DNA of 41,291 nucleotides from Octopus bimaculoides (taxonomy: Eukaryota). The stretch is taken from the NCBI RefSeq assembly GCF_001194135.2, contig NC_068991.1:9977836-10019126 (forward strand), read 5' to 3'. Shown here piece by piece: positions 1-11,665 of this stretch (within the stretch, counting starts at the first letter, position 1; every line of letters begins with the position of its first letter). The notes under the pieces are model-generated. The model saw only the letters and a list, made by a program, of their open reading frames with translations. It had not been told where the DNA came from and made no database searches. A program made the translations under genes and the position numbers.

Positions 1-138
1 GGGCATCCAGCTGTAGAAACTCTGCCAAATCAGACTGGAGCCTGGTGTTGCCATCCGGTTTCACCAGTCCTCAGTCAAATCGTCCAACCCATGCTAGCAT
101 GGAAAGCGGACGTTAAACGATGATGATGATGATGATGA
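1..138 (+). mobile_element. SINE family A, 3' part with (GAT)n tail
   Basis: gggcatccagctgtagaaac...catgctagcatggaaagcggacgttaaacgatgatgat recurs many times in the window. Confidence 0.85.
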
Positions 139-166
139 TATATATATATATATACACACACATATG

Positions 167-243
<77 letters not shown>

Positions 244-251
244 CTGTGTGT

Positions 252-345
252 GAAGGCGCATGACTCAGTGGTTAGAGCGTCGAGCTTATGATTGTGAGGT
301 TGTGAGTTCGAATCCCAAACCAGGCTGCTTGTTGTGTTCGTCTGA
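252..345 (+). mobile_element. SINE family D tRNA-like head
   Basis: A-box-like TGACTCAGTGG and B-box GTTCGAATCC, running into ttgtgttc as in the copies at 10665 and 29915. Confidence 0.65.
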
Positions 346-359
346 TCTTTGGCTAAATG

Positions 360-660
360 ACAATATATTTTGTCTTACAAAAAGTAATGGAAAAATAAAG
401 GAAGGAAGAGAGAAAAGAATGAAAGAAAAAATAAGGAAAATCAAAAGTTTTAAAAGAGGAAGGAATGAAGGGAAGAAGTGAGGAAGAAATGAAAGAAGAA
501 AAGCAGAGAGAAATGGAAGGAAAAACAAAGAAGAAATAGAGAGAAGAAGGCAAGAAAGAAGAACAAGTGAAATGAATGAAAGAATGAAACAAGGAAGGAA
601 GAATGGTAAGAAGGAAAAGTGGAAGACAGGAAGAAAAGGGGGAATGAAAGAAGGACTAAA
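360..660. repeat. Polypurine (GAA/GGAA) tract
   Basis: Almost entirely A/G on the plus strand. Confidence 0.85.
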
Positions 661-849
661 TACACTTTATTATCTAATTATTAGCAAAAACTCAGTCGGA
701 CACAGAGATTAGTTTTTGTTGCCCTGGAAACATAAAACGAATGTATGTTTGCTTTTTTTTTTTTTCATTTTCTTTCCATCATCAAAATTCCTTCTTGTTT
801 TCTTTCTTTAGACAAATGTCAATGTTATCCTCCTCCTCCTCCTCCTCAT

Positions 850-1095
850 CATCATCATAGGCATGGCTTTGCAACCACATAGTTTGGTTTCGGTTCCATT
901 GTACAATACTTTGGGCAAGTGTCTTCTGCTATAGTCACGGGTGGACCAATATCTTGTGAGTAACTTTAGTTGGTGGAAACTGTGGAAGCCTATTGCACAC
1001 ACACATGCACGTGTGTGGCTGTGTGGTAAGAACTTCCCAATTACATGATTCCGGGTTCAGTCCCACTGCATGGTACCTTGGAAAAGTGTCTTCTT
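850..1095 (+). mobile_element. Two SINE family C 5' heads
   Basis: ggttccattgtacaatactttgggcaagtgtcttc and gtggctgtgtggtaag...ccgggttcagtcccactgc. Confidence 0.7.
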
Positions 1096-1149
1096 CTTTT
1101 TCTAGGAAAGAGTGTTGGCCCTATGCAAACCTATTTTTACCTCTAAGAA

Positions 1150-1290
1150 GAGGAGATCCATATTGGTCTGGCCTCTGTCTTTTGACCTGTCTTGCATGGG
1201 AAGCCCTACCTAATGCTTGTGTCTTGCTGGCATAGCTCCCAGAATCATTGGGCTCACTTGCTGCCACATCATAAAGACTGGACCTTGTAG
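1150..1290 (+). mobile_element. Possible RTE-clade LINE 5' leader remnant
   Basis: gacctgtcttgcatgggaagccctacc...gcatagctcccagaatcattggg resembles RTE 5' leader sequence as I recall it; no adjacent ORF. Confidence 0.3.
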
Positions 1291-1986
1291 TGGCTGATTC
1301 AGTAGACCTATGACCCAAATCATTCCATCTGTGACTTTCCAGCATTTTTCTTACGTGTTGGAAAATCAGGATCTCATTAACCCATGTGTCCTTTTCTAAA
1401 CTATTAGGGTGAGCTTTGGCTGAGTTTTAACTGTTGTTTCTAGCTGGTTGTGCAGCCACAGAGAGTTTGCCTCAACCTGATTCATGTCGTAGTTACTGTA
1501 GGTATTTGGAGGTATGGCACAATAAATATAATGAGAGAAAGAGAGACAGGTGTGCCACTGAGGCTTGGATTGAGGTGCCATAAACCCTGGAAGGTAGGCT
1601 GCATTGAATGGTATGGGGATGAACAATCACTGAGCTTGATGAAGTAGTAGTCAGAGGAAGTGATAGATGCAAAGATGAAGATAGTTTTGTAAAGGTTAGT
1701 TTTGAAGATGAAAAATATATCAACAGCATTTTGTGCATCTGTGTCAAACAAGGATGGTATTTGAGGATACTGAGTGATCTGGAGAGTCCAAAATGTCAAC
1801 AGATTCTTGTTCATACCCTACAGCTTTGGTGTGGGAGAAGTGGTAGAGAGAAGAGGAGTTGCATGTATGTGTGTGTGTGTATATATATATACACACACAC
1901 ACACATGTACATGCACACACAAACACATATATGCATACATATACATCATTTAGTGTCTGTTTCCATGGTGGTATGGTGGAAACATA

Positions 1987-2045
<59 letters not shown>

Positions 2046-2169
2046 ATGCAAACAGGACAAATAAAATTCAGAATATGAGTATATGTATATTTTTATTAAT
2101 ATAAAACTCAGGCCTTTAGTCACTCTGTTACTTCTGCTATATATTAATATATATATCGTATTTAGAAAA

Positions 2170-2975
2170 CATAAATCTGGAGAAGAAGCACAATCTAAGA
2201 TGTAGAGCAGTGTATTTTTAAAAAATGGGGAAGGCCGGTTTATGGAATTACCCTGGGTTTCCCGTATGAAAAGTTTCAAGCCCTATGCTCTCAGCATGCA
2301 AAACTAACTGCAACACTAATAAGATACACTGGACCAGGAGGGATTGCAATCCCAGAGACAGTCAATGTGAGACTTGTGCATTTACATGAGTAATGATTCA
2401 TCCTTCCATGTACATGTTGCTAAGTTGGCAATGAAATGCAGATGGCTGACCGGATGGATTCTTAGAACTTTTAAATTGAGAAATCAGGAAACTATGATGG
2501 TGCTCTGGAAGACCTTTGTCCTAAGCCACTTTGACTATTACTTCAGTTATGGTCACCAACCATTGTAAAATTAATTTCACCACTTGAGGAAATCCAATGA
2601 AGCTTCACGAAGGAGATAGCCTCTATGTGGAATATAAGCTATTGGGAAAGACTCAAATGATTGAGACTCTATTCCATAGAGCGTAGGCATGAAAGATATG
2701 CCATAATATACATCTGGAAGATCCTGGAGGGAAGTTTGGCATTGAGCGTTACACTAATGCTAGAACAGGGCGCCACTGCATAGTGCCAAAGATTCCAACT
2801 TTGCCATAAAAATATAGGACAAGATATTGCAACAGTCTGGGCTTTAAAGGACCACAGCTCTTCAATATCCTCTTGAAGGACCTGAGAGACCTGCATGGGG
2901 TGGATATAGGTGTCTTCAAAATGAAACTAGATCTCTTACTGTCAAGAGTCCCAGATGAACCAACTTCACAGCAGA
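2170..2975 (+). mobile_element. Degenerate CR1-like LINE, 3' part of the RT ORF
   Basis: Frameshifted translation LCIYMSNDSSFHVHVAKLAMKCRWLTGWILRTF...KTFVLSHFDYY-QLWSP...EEIQ*SFTKEI...ISYWERLK*LRLYSIERRHERYAIIYIWKILEG...FKGPQLFNIL...FKMKLDLLLSRVPDEP, typical of the CR1-clade region downstream of the RT core. Confidence 0.8.
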
Positions 2976-3109
2976 AGCATCAAACACTTATGCACCAAAT
3001 GTCAAGTTCCAAAATGAATTAGTGAAGTAAAAGTTATGTAGCAACACCAAATGGTGGTGCCCCAGCATGGCCACAGCTCATGAGCTGAAACTGGTTCAAT
3101 TCAATTTGC

Positions 3110-3149
<40 letters not shown>

Positions 3150-3174
3150 ACATACATACATATATACATATATG

Positions 3175-3393
3175 TGTTATTGTTTTACTACACACAGAGG
3201 GGACAAACAAAGACAGACAACGGATTAAGTCGATTATATTGACTCCAGTGCGTAACTGGTACTTATTTAATCGACCCTGAAAGGATGAAAGGCAAAGTCG
3301 ACCTCGGCGGAATTTGAACTCAGAACGTAGCGGCAGACGAAATACCGCTAAGCATTTCGCCCGGCATGCTAACGTTTCTGCCAGCTCGCCGCC
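3175..3393 (-). mobile_element. SINE family B (tRNA-like head) copy
   Basis: Reverse complement of ggcgagctggcagaaacgttagc...gagttcaaattcc...gtcgactttgcctttcatcc. Confidence 0.85.
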
Positions 3394-3429
3394 AATATAC
3401 ATATATGTGTATATTCATTTATTCATTTC

Positions 3430-3797
3430 ATTTACTTGTATCAGTCATTTCACTGCGGCCATGCTGGAGCGCCAACTTCATTTGAGCAAACTGATCCCAG
3501 AACTTATTCTTTGTAAGCCTAGTACTTATTCTATCAGTCACTTTTGCTGAACTACTAAGTTACAGGGATGTAAGCACACCAACATCGGTTGTCAAGCAAT
3601 GGTGAGGGGGGGAAAGCACAGGCACATACAAATACACACTCACACGCATATATGATGAGCTTCTTTCAGTTTTTATCTACCAAATTCACTCACAAGGCTT
3701 TGGTTGGCCTGAGGCTATAGTAGAAGATACTTGCCCAAGGTGCTATGCAGTGGAACTGAACCCAGAAACGTGTCGTTGGGAAGCAAGCTTCTTACCA
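3430..3797 (-). mobile_element. SINE family C (bipartite, internal CA/TA spacer), near full length
   Basis: cagtcatttcactgcggccatgctggagc...ttgcccaaggtgc...accacacagccat, the same layout as 7300-7684. Confidence 0.85.
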
Positions 3798-3875
3798 CAC
3801 AGCCATGCTGCTCCTATGTATATATATATGTATATACACACACACACACATATGTGTGTATGTATGTATGTATGT

Positions 3876-4036
3876 GAGTGGTTGGCGTTAGGAAGGGCAT
3901 CCAGCTGTAGAAACTCTGCCAAATCAGATTGGAGCCTGGTGTTGCCATCCGGTTTCACCAGTCCTCAGTCAAATCGTCCAACCCATGCTAGCATGGAAAG
4001 CGGACGTTAAATGATGATGATGATGATGATGATGAT
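3876..4036 (+). mobile_element. SINE family A copy
   Basis: Nearly identical to 1-138, with a (GAT)n tail. Confidence 0.85.
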
Positions 4037-4199
4037 GTATATATATTTATCTATAACATGTGTGAGTGCATGTGTGTAAGTGTTTGTGACTCCTTAATAT
4101 CGGTCTTATATTAGATATTAATAAGTAAGAAACGAGTGCTAGCATATTGTGTGACAGTCCTGGTATGTTGGCAAACAATAATTTCCTGATCTTTCTGCG

Positions 4200-4428
4200 A
4201 TGGCACCCAGCCACATCATCACCAATGCTATCACCACCACTGCTACCAGCATCACCAACACCACCACTACCACTGCTCCCACCACCATCACCATTGCTGC
4301 TGCCATCACCAAAACCACCACCACCACCTCCTCAAATACTACCGCCACCACCTCTAACATTACCACCACCATACCACACCCATTATAGCTAAACTATCTG
4401 TACCATCCACACCACTGCCTCCTCATAA

Positions 4429-4462
<34 letters not shown>

Positions 4463-4962
4463 TGTCATAGCACCACCACCACGACTACTTTAACCTATTC
4501 GTACCATACACACAACCCCCACCACCATTATCACAACAAACACAAACACATACTACCACACTACCACACCAGACCACTACTACCACAACACAAGCGTCTA
4601 CAAGCACCACACCACAACGCCCCGCCAGACCTGTGCTCCCACCGTAACCATTTCTGGACACTGCTTGGTTCAGTATCAAAAAGACATTGACTCTACCTTT
4701 TTTTTTGTTTTGTTTTGTTTTTGTTGTTTTCCTGTTTACTTAAGGGAAATTTCAGGTGTGTGTGTGTGTGTATATCCTTTTTGCTGTTGTTTTGTTTGTC
4801 TGTTTGTTTGGCTACATTATTCTAGACATCAGACATCAGTGAACATCGTTGTGGCAGTCGACATGAATATATTGAAAAATATATTAAGGAAAATAAAACA
4901 GAGGCACAGAGAGAGAGAGAGAGAGAGAAGGAGGGAAAGAGAGAGAGAGAGAGAGAGAAGGA

Positions 4963-5018
<56 letters not shown>

Positions 5019-5230
5019 CAGACAGAGACAGGGGAGAAGGAGGAAAAGAGAGGGAGAGACAGACAGACAGACAGACAGAGAGATAGTAACAGAGCAAGAG
5101 AGGTGGGGGTAGAGAGAAAGTAAGGAAAGAAAAGAAATACAGACTGACAACAGCAACAACAACAACAACAACAACAACTGTTATAGCAACAGCAGCAGCT
5201 GTATGCGTAGTAGCAGTAGTAGTGGCAGCA
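4200..5230. repeat. Compound low-complexity block: (ACC)n, (CA)n, (GT)n, (GA)n, (GACA)n, (CAA)n
   Basis: Visible directly in the sequence. Confidence 0.9.
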
Positions 5231-5547
5231 GCAAATCATAGCAACATTAAAAAAGTCTTTGATCAAATCTTGATTTGCTTTAATAAACAAATTATTAATT
5301 TTAACAGACTTTCAATCGTCAGGTGATTATCTGGATGGCTGGAGAGGTAGATAAGTTGATTGACAGACAGACAGACAGATACTTAGGTATGTCAGTCAAT
5401 AGACAGGTAGGTAGGTAGGTAGGTAGATAGTGGATGGATTGAGAGATGTATATGTGTGTGTATGCGTTGATGTACACGCACACACACACACATATACATA
5501 TATATGTAGTTATGCATGTATATGTATGTATATGTGTGTGTGTGCGT

Positions 5548-5727
5548 AAAAAGCACCTACTACACTCTCAGAGTGGTTGGCGTTAGGAAAGGCATCCAGC
5601 TGTAGAATCATTGCCAGATCAGACTGGAGTCTGGTGCAGGCTCTTGGCTTGCCAGTCCCCAGTCAAACTATCCAACTCATACCAGCATGGAAAACGGACA
5701 TTCAACGATGATGATGATGATGATGAT
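5548..5727 (+). mobile_element. SINE family A copy
   Basis: Same core and (GAT)n tail, more diverged. Confidence 0.8.
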
Positions 5728-5841
5728 ATATACATTTATATATTCTTTATTTGTGAATTAAGGCTACCATTGGTTTCATGTTAAGAAAAGTAGGAAAATA
5801 TCCTAGTGTCTTAAATTTTCAAGCCTATCACATGAAGGAAG

Positions 5842-5887
5842 NNNNNNNNNNNNNNNNNNNNNNNNNNNNNNNNNNNNNNNNNNNNNN
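5842..5887. other. Assembly gap
   Basis: Run of N. Confidence 1.
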
Positions 5888-5924
<37 letters not shown>

Positions 5925-6377
5925 CACACACACACATTTCTCATTTAGAATTATTTCCTTAAGTTTATTCCTATTTTTATTTATGCAAATCATTCTTTGT
6001 CAATAAAGTGTAAAGAACTATAAAGTCTTTTCGCTTGACTTGGAAAATGACTCCGGAAAAGAATTTTTCACCCATCGACCATAACTTGTTACATGACTCG
6101 CAAACATTTTCTACCCTACCTGCTGGCCTGTAGCTAGAACACCAGAGAACCTCATACCCACATGTCCATCCTCCCTGACTGTCTGTACAAAAGAGAGATT
6201 GCTCAAATTGCTCACTTAATCATCACCTGCCATCACTCCTCTTATTTTTGTTGTATCACCCACTAACCTTTCTATTATTGGCACTGTTTCACCCACTTTG
6301 CAACTGTAAAACATAAATCTAAGCTTCCTATTTGTAAAAATCTATCCACTGTTTCTCAAGCTTGTTCACACTCTTTG

Positions 6378-6416
6378 CTATTGTGATGAGAGCAAAAGTT
6401 TGAAACATGTCCATAG
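6378..6416 (+). ncRNA. Degenerate minimal hammerhead-like motif
   Basis: CTATT GTGATGA GAGC AAAA GTTT GAAAC ATGTC CATAG: C3 is lost, stem II pairs with two G.U wobbles, stem III is the palindrome ACAUGU, and stem I pairs 4/5. Confidence 0.35.
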
Positions 6417-6666
6417 TTTCTCTTGCTTACAAGCGAAGACTCTAACTGGCTTTCATTAAATATGTAAATTAATTTGAGAAATCCAATCTTTGTTTCTTGA
6501 TTTATCGTCCCTTTCATTTGAGAGTTGCAAATAATTATTGCATTCGTTAACTTATATAGCTGCGCGCACGCATATATACATACATGTATGCATACATACA
6601 TTCATGTACATTCATACATAAATACAAACGATGATGGGGGGGGGGGGCAAGCACAGATACACAAAC

Positions 6667-6711
<45 letters not shown>

Positions 6712-6714
<3 letters not shown>

Positions 6715-6878
6715 GACAGGCTTCTTTCAGTTTCCATCTACCAAATCCACTCACAAGACTTTGGTCGGCCTGCAGCTATAGCAGAAGATACTTGCCCAAG
6801 GTGCCATGCAGTGGAACTGAACGCGGAATCATGTGGTTGGTAAGCAAGTTACTTACCGCACAGCCACTCCTGCGCCTA
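6712..6878 (-). mobile_element. SINE family C, 5' half
   Basis: ggcttctttcagtttccatctacc...cacagccactcctgcgcctata. Confidence 0.85.
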
Positions 6879-7299
6879 TATATATGTATATCTATCTATT
6901 TATCTGTCTATCTATCTATCTAAATACAAACATACACATATATATATATATATGTACGTGTGTGTGTGTGTGTGTGTGTGTAGCAAAAGAGAAAGTAAGA
7001 GAAAGTGTGAGAGAGAGGGAGAGGTCATCATCATAATTTACATGAAATGTTCTGTGCTTGATACAGCTATGTAGATATATTGACACAAACTCAGGCTCAT
7101 TAGATAGGCAACATGTGGTTAAACAAACTGATAAACAGATATTACCATTTGGAAATGACTGTAATGGAAGGTAATAAACATATAGCACATTCATGCGCAA
7201 ATTCAAAGCCATTAAAAGCTCTGTGTTTCAACTGCCAGTAAAATTCAGCAGTATTCAAACTACCTGGTTTCATTCTTATTTTCTCTTCTATTCTCTATT

Positions 7300-7990
7300 A
7301 CTTGTTTCAGTCATTTGACTGCAGCCATGCTGGAGCACCACCTTTTAGTCGAGCAAATCGACCCCAGGACTTATTCTTTGGAAGCCTAGTACTTATTCTA
7401 TCGGTCTCTTTTGTCGAACTGCCAAGTTACGGGGACATAAACACACCACCATCGGTTGTCAAGCAAAGTTGGGGGGGACAAAGACAGACACACAAACATA
7501 TACGCACACATACATATATACATATACACGATGGTTTCAGTCTACCCAATTCACTCACAAGGCTTTGGTCGGCCCGAGGCTATAGTAGAAGACACTTGCC
7601 CAAGGTGCCACACAGTGGGAATGAACTCGGAACCATGTGGTTGGTAAGCAAGCTACTTACCACACAGCCACTCCTGCGCCTATAAAGTGTGTGACACTTA
7701 CAACACCTAGGCTTCCAAAACGGTCACCCATCTAAGTACTCTCTAGGACAAGTGTCTTCTACTATAGCCTTGTGTGTGGATTTGGTAGACCGAAACAGAA
7801 AGCAGCATGTCATACATATATATATACATACAATGGGCTTCTTTCAGTTTCCATCTACAAAATCCACTCATAAGGCTTTGGTTGACCTGAAGTCATAGTA
7901 GAAGACACTTACTCAAGATACCATCCAGTTAGACTGAACCTGAAACAATGTGGTTGAGAAGTAAAATTCTTACCACTCAACCATTCCTGT
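7300..7990 (-). mobile_element. SINE family C full copy (7300-7684) plus a second 5' half (7833-7990)
   Basis: Both halves match the family consensus seen elsewhere in the window. Confidence 0.85.
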
Positions 7991-8095
7991 AGATATACTT
8001 GTCTCTCACACTTATAAAAACCAAAAGTATTATTCATGAAGTAATATTGTTTTAATCTTTTGATGTTCCATCACCCGAAAAACATTGTGCAATAC

Positions 8096-8310
8096 AAAGA
8101 TATCATTGCCTACCATAAAGATAGCAACATCATTGACCATAAAGATATCAACATTACCATGTAGATATCATTTACTGCAAAAATAAAATCATTTACCATG
8201 AAGATAACATCATCTGTGAAAAAGCTAACATAATTCAAAATAAATGTATCAGCATTTACCATGAAGAAAACATGGTTTACTTTGATTATTTGCAGAGATA
8301 TTAGTATCAG
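8096..8310. repeat. Degenerate 20-24 bp minisatellite (aaagatatca..att.accat)
   Basis: Recurrent aagatatca and ttaccat motifs. Confidence 0.6.
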
Positions 8311-8364
8311 CATTATTATTATTATTACTATTATTATTATTATTATTATTATCATTATTGTTAT

Positions 8365-8850
8365 TAAAGTGGTGAGTTGGCAGAATCATTAGCACACTGG
8401 GTGAAATGCTTAGTGGTATTTCGTCTGTCTTTACATTCTTGTGGTTCAAATTCCACCGAGGTCGACCTTGCTTTTCATTCTTTCAGGGTCGATAAATTAA
8501 GTACCAGTTGTACACTGGTGTTGATCTAATCAACTGGCCTCCACCCCCAAATTTCAGGCCTCGTGCCTATAGTAGAAAGGATTATTACTATTAATATTAT
8601 TATTATTATTATTATTATTAAGGTGATGAACTAGCAGAATTGTTAGCATGCCGAGCAAAATGCTTAGGTGGCATTTTGTCTTTATTTTCTGAGTTCAAAC
8701 TCTGTTGAGGTCAACTTTGCTTTTCATCCTTTCAGGGTCAGTAAAAGAAGCACCAGTTGGGTACTAGCGTTAATGTAATCGACTTCCCCCTCCCCTCAAG
8801 CTTGCTGGTCTTGTGCCAAAGTTTGAAACCATTATTATTGTTGTTGTTAT
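8365..8850 (+). mobile_element. Two tandem SINE family B copies with (ATT)n spacers
   Basis: Heads near 8365 and 8621, each with the gagttcaaa B-box-like motif and an ATT tail. Confidence 0.85.
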
Positions 8851-8879
8851 TTTAATTATTGCATTCTACATTAGTTAGC

Positions 8880-9340
8880 AAAGATGTTCTCTTGTGTTTT
8901 GGTGACAATAAGTTTCTTCAAATCACAAGAATCTTTCTTAGGATTTTCGCAGAAAACAAGATTGCACTTTACTGCAGTTCTCAATTTCAATATCCTACTA
9001 TCCCTTAGGTAACAGTTTAAGTGTTGTACCAAGTGCACAAATTATCACAGGAATAATTGTCATCTTAGTCTCACACAATCTCTTCATTTCTCTGGCTCAG
9101 TCCTGGCATTTCTCAATTTTTTTCCAATTTCTTTTGTATCCATCCTATTATCATATTGTATTGCAAAAATCTACCATCTTATGCCGTTTGTTCCTTTTGT
9201 CTTTTATAATCATTTACGGTCTTCTTGCTTCAATACTATGGTCAGTCTTTATGGAGAAAAATCCAATAAAATCTTATAATTATTATTCTCTATCACAGCC
9301 TCTGGCATATGCTCTTACCACTTTTCTGCTACTTCGAATC
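8880..9340 (-). mobile_element. Degenerate R4/Dong-like non-LTR retrotransposon, restriction-like endonuclease 3' end
   Basis: Translation with stops and frameshifts: KW*EHMPEAVIENNNYKILLDF-IKTDHSIEARRP*MIIKDKRNK..MVDF-AIQYD...KIEKCQD*AREMKRL..IIPVIICALGT...KILRKIL, matching the R4-clade pattern KWYEH.P..V.EN...KILWDF.I.TD..I.ARRPD...IPIVIGALG. Confidence 0.8.
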
Positions 9341-9461
9341 TATGCAGTTGGTTAACATCTCAATGTCCTTTTTTTTACACAGACAGTCAAGCCTGCACTT
9401 GCAATCCTTTCACAATTGTTGTTGTTGTTGTTATTATTATTATTATTATTATTATTGTTCA

Positions 9462-9675
9462 AGGCAGCAATATGGCAGAATTATTACAGTGTTGGAACAA
9501 AATGCTTAGCGGCATTTTTTCTGGTTTTACATTTTGAGTTCCAAATCTGCCGATCATCAAGCTTTGCCTATCATCCTTTTGGATTCAATAACATGAGTAC
9601 CAGTTGAGCATGAGGACAAATGTAACCAGTTAGTCCCCTCCCCAAAATTTTAAGCCTTGTGCTTATAATAAAAAG

Positions 9676-9709
<34 letters not shown>

Positions 9710-9960
9710 CATTACTGAGGGTGGTTTGCCGGCAGAATCGTTAGCATGCTGGGTGAAATGCTTGGCAGTATTTCATCTGCCGCTACGTTCTGAGTTGAAA
9801 ATTCCATTATGGTCGACTTTGTCTTTCATCCTTTCGGGGTCCATAAGTTAAGTACCAGTGAAACATTGGGGTCAATATAATCAACTAGTCCCCTTCCCCA
9901 AAATTTCAGGTCTTGTGCCTTCATTAGAAAGGATTATCATCATTATTATTATTATTCTCT
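9462..9960 (+). mobile_element. Two tandem SINE family B copies with (ATT)n spacers
   Basis: Heads near 9462 and 9717. Confidence 0.8.
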
Positions 9961-10024
9961 TCATTCAATTTTGTTGCCATTTCTTGCTGAGTGTCTTTCT
10001 GACACAATTATTATTATTATTATT

Positions 10025-10275
10025 GCCAAAGAAGATATCACTATTTACTCTTATTTAGAAAGAAGATATCAATACTTATCACGAAGATATCAGCATTTCT
10101 CATCAAAGAAGTACACATTTAATCATAGAGACATCAATTTCCCCCTTAAAGATATCACCATTTACTGTTAAGATTCAATAGCATTTTCCAAAGAGATTCC
10201 ATTATTTACCATGTAAATACAAAAATTTATAACACAGTTAACAACATTTATAACCATGAATATATCGATATCATT
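10025..10275. repeat. Continuation of the same degenerate minisatellite
   Basis: aagatatca repeated at similar spacing. Confidence 0.55.
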
Positions 10276-10664
10276 TAAGTAAGGAAAAATCATGTGACAC
10301 AAAATAAAACACGAATAAATTTCCTTCAATATAAGAGTACATGTATTTTCCTATATTGTAAAATATTTTATCTTTACTTAAATGTTAGGATTGAGATACC
10401 CTGAGAGACCGAGTTGGCCTTGCAGCTTGACCAGAACTCATATCAAGACAATTACCCCCCATAGGACAATTCCCCCTATGACAACTACCCACTAGGACAC
10501 GTGTGTGTGTGTGTGTGTGTGCATAAGTGTATCTATATATATTTATATCCATGGATGTGTCTTTCTGTCTTTGTCTGCTTGACAACTGGTGTTGGTATGT
10601 TTGCATTTCCACAACTTAACAGTAAAGATAGAATATGTGTGTGTGTGTGTGTGTGTGTGTGTTT

Positions 10665-10790
10665 GAAGGCGTGTGGTTTACTATTTGGGTATTTGGCTCA
10701 CGAGTTCAATTCCCGGCGCTGCGTTGTGTCCTTGAGCAAGACACTTTATTTCACATTGCTCCATTCCACTCAGGTAGCAAAAAATTCAGG
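10665..10790 (+). mobile_element. SINE family D head
   Basis: gaaggcgtgtgg...gagttcaattcccggc...gttgtgtccttgagcaagacactttatttcac. Confidence 0.7.
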
Positions 10791-11530
10791 TGGGAAGGTG
10801 GTGAGCTGATAGAAATGTTAGTGTGACGGACAAAACACTTAGCAGTATTTCGTCTGTCTTTACATTCTGAGTTCAGATTCGGCCGAGGTTGACTTTGCCT
10901 TTCATCTTTTCGGGGTCGATAAATTAAGTACCAGTTGCATACTGGGATCGACCTAATCAACTGCACTCCCACTCCCCAAAAATTATGGGCCTTGTGCCTA
11001 GAGTAGAAAAGAATATTTAGTACTCATCGAGGCGGCGAGCTGGCAGAAACGTTAGCACGCCGGGCGAAATGCTTAACGGTATTTCATCTGCCGCTATGTT
11101 CTGAGTTCAAGTTCCGCCGTGGTTGACTTAGCCTTTTATCCTTTCAGGGTGGATGAAATAAGTACCAGTTACACACAGGTGTCGATGTAATCGACTTAAT
11201 CCCTTTGTCTGTCCTTGTTTGTCCCCTCTATGTTTAGCCCCTTGTGGGCAATAAAGAAATAAGAAGCATTAGCATGTCAGGCAAAATACTTAGCAGCATT
11301 TCATCCATCTTTACATTNNNNNNNNNNTTAGCATGTCAGGCAAAATACTTAGCAGCATTTCATCCATCTTTACATTCTGAGTTCAAATTCCACCAAGGTC
11401 AACTTTGCCTTTCATCCTTTGGGGGGGGGGGAATCAATATATTAAGTACCAGTTATGCACTGGAGTCGACGTAATCGACTGGCCCCCTCCCCCCAAATTT
11501 TGGGCCTTTTGCCTAAAGCAGAAAAGAATT
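10790..11530 (+). mobile_element. Three tandem SINE family B copies
   Basis: Heads near 10795, 11030 and 11265; the third spans a 10-N gap. Confidence 0.85.
11318..11327. other. Assembly gap
   Basis: 10 N. Confidence 1.
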
Positions 11531-11595
11531 TAACAAATGTCAGGGTTGGCAGATATAATACTCATTCTGTAGAAACCCATTTCCTGAATGCAAAA

Positions 11596-11665
11596 TGTAA
11601 AGTAGAAATCACAATGTGTAAAGTAGAAATCACAATGTGTAAAGTAGAAATCACAATGTGTAAAG
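11596..11665. repeat. 21-bp tandem repeat, 3.3 copies
   Basis: (TGTAAAGTAGAAATCACAATG)x3, perfect. Confidence 0.95.

Noticed and set aside
252-330. tRNA gene
   Set aside because: Has A and B boxes but no convincing cloverleaf; continues into SINE body sequence shared with other copies.
4665-5290. 152-153 aa ORFs rich in ER, SL and C
   Set aside because: Derived from (GA)n, (GT)n and (CAA)n microsatellites.
11596-11665. CRISPR-like or coding (CKVEITM)x3 repeat
   Set aside because: No spacers, eukaryotic context, and the ORF begins within a SINE.
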